Origin: Thermodesulfobacteriota bacterium
Lineage (GTDB): Bacteria; Desulfobacterota; Desulfobaccia; Desulfobaccales; 0-14-0-80-60-11
Reading direction: 5' to 3'
Assembly: GCA_049322315.1 (NCBI GenBank)
Contig: JBMORF010000076.1
Coordinates: forward strand, 73,221 to 137,220
DNA: 64,000 nt
In this document: positions 63,264-64,000 of the stretch, one piece after another
Numbering within the stretch: position 1 is the first letter of the stretch
Layout of the letters: each line of letters opens with the position of its first letter
Made by a program: the position numbers and the translations under genes
Notes under the pieces: model-generated
Told to the model about the DNA's origin: nothing
The model's database searches: none
Seen by the model: the letters and a program-made list of their open reading frames with translations, nothing else

Positions 63264-64000
63264 ATGTATTTTAATAATGAAAAACGAAAAACGGAAAACG
63301 ACAAACAGTTTCAGAACATCCTGGTGATCAAACTGAAACAGCCCGGGGACGTGCTGGTGAGCAGCCCGGTGCTGGCTGCCTTGAAAGAGGCCTGGCCCCA
63401 AGCCCGCGTCAGTTATCTGGTGCCCCGGGGCACGGAAGAGATGATCACTGAGCACCCTTTGCTGGACCGGGTCTATGTGGCGAAGCGACGGGGTGCGACC
63501 CTCAGGGGCACTTTGGCATTTCTCCGGGAATTGCGCCGGGGCCGCTTCGATCTGGTGCTGGAACTCTCCGGGGGGGACCGGGGGGCTTTTTTGTCCTGGG
63601 TAACCGGAGCCAGAGAACGTTTGGGGTTTAACTACGGCGGCCGGGCCTTTTGGCACCGGTTCTGCTTTTCCCGGCTGCTGCCGGCGCCGCCTCTGAAAAT
63701 GCATCTGGTGGAGCACAACCTGGAGATGGTGCGGGCCTTGGGGATTTCGCCCCGGGCTCCCCGGCTGCAATTCTTCTGGCAGCCGGAAGTGGAGGCCGGG
63801 GTTCGGAATCTCCTGGCGGCTCATTCCCTTACCCCCGGCGGCTTCGTGGTCCTGCACCCCGGCGCGGGCTGGCGCTTCAAGTGCTGGACCCCTGAAGGAT
63901 ATGCCCGGATCATCGACTTTCTTCAAAAAGAAAAACATCTGCCCGTGATCCTCACCGGCTCCCAGGCCGCTCATGAGCAAGAACTGGTGGCCGCGCTGCT
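63264..64000 (+). CDS. Third GT9 heptosyltransferase (WaaQ-like), 3' end cut by the window
   Basis: Absent from the track because it has no stop. My translation from the ATG at 63264 is MYFNNEKRKTENDKQFQNILVIKLKQPGDVLVSSPVLAALKEAWPQARVSYLV...FVVLHPGAGWRFKCW. Codons 6-14 are heptamer-encoded. Confidence 0.75.
   Translation, partial: MYFNNEKRKTENDKQFQNILVIKLKQPGDVLVSSPVLAALKEAWPQARVSYLVPRGTEEMITEHPLLDRVYVAKRRGATLRGTLAFLRELRRGRFDLVLELSGGDRGAFLSWVTGARERLGFNYGGRAFWHRFCFSRLLPAPPLKMHLVEHNLEMVRALGISPRAPRLQFFWQPEVEAGVRNLLAAHSLTPGGFVVLHPGAGWRFKCWTPEGYARIIDFLQKEKHLPVILTGSQAAHEQELVAAL
63279..63306 (+). repeat. Heptamer tract gaaaaac/gaaaaac/ggaaaac/gacaaac in the 5' coding end of the GT9 gene
   Basis: Four units, two of them perfect. 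A second ATG (63277) lies in another frame just upstream of the tract. Confidence 0.85.

Noticed and set aside
63252-63980. 242-aa minus-strand ORF at the right edge
   Set aside because: It is antisense to a clear GT9 heptosyltransferase frame (ILVIKLKQPGDVLVSSP...VLHPGAGW). Its composition is Pro/Gly/Gln-rich.

Overview
This 64-kb window looks like a GC-rich chromosome (about 60% GC by eye, not computed) from a Gram-negative, probably anaerobic Desulfobacterota/Thermodesulfobacteriota-like bacterium. That guess rests on gene content only: Ahb-type haem genes, rubredoxin, LPS genes and many PAS/GAF kinases.

Gene content from left to right:
- 1-1147: a cluster of toxin-antitoxin components (VbhA-like, HigA-like, XRE antitoxin, BrnT).
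- 1701-4113: RNase J and PlsC.
- 4540-7254: two secreted enzymes.
- 8123-9194: a MarR regulator plus a methyltransferase.
- 9550-14697: a three-gene phosphorelay.
- 15469-31997: an eight-gene minus-strand biosynthetic block. It holds a 2650-aa single-module PKS/PUFA-synthase-like enzyme (ER-KS-AT-ACP-KR-DH), an Sfp-type PPTase, an SDR, a stand-alone sulfotransferase, the APS kinase CysC, a large GNAT, a B12-binding radical SAM enzyme and an MFS exporter.
- 32199-41523: rubredoxin, another hybrid kinase, YajD, Ahb haem genes, an amphi-Trp/XXXCH-like protein, USP, a TlpA-like protein and a GGDEF protein.
- 41670-44561: a helicase-exonuclease fusion in which MrfA-like and MrfB-like parts are joined.
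- 45340-49976: an M15 peptidase, a YHS protein, RlmI and a NUDIX hydrolase.
- 50472-52097: a solitary DNA methyltransferase with an Mrr-like tail and a visibly AT-rich middle.
- 52423-64000: an LPS core and lipid A cluster (waaA, msbA, lpxK-waaF in one ORF, gmhB, waaC, trm112-like, GT2, lpxA, a third GT9).

No rRNA genes, intact tRNA genes, CRISPR arrays, transposases or integrases were seen.

The most interesting candidate system is the PKS, sulfotransferase, CysC, B12-rSAM and GNAT block, for which I can name no characterised product.

The second striking feature is how heavily intergenic space is colonised by at least five short repeat families:
- a 'GEPCVRP' hairpin;
- a 197-bp MITE;
- a ccccc/ggggg box;
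- a 115-125 bp 'cacagag' nested hairpin;
- many heptanucleotide tandem tracts.

Copies sit in frame inside LPS genes, at gene termini, and around small AT-rich ORF cassettes.
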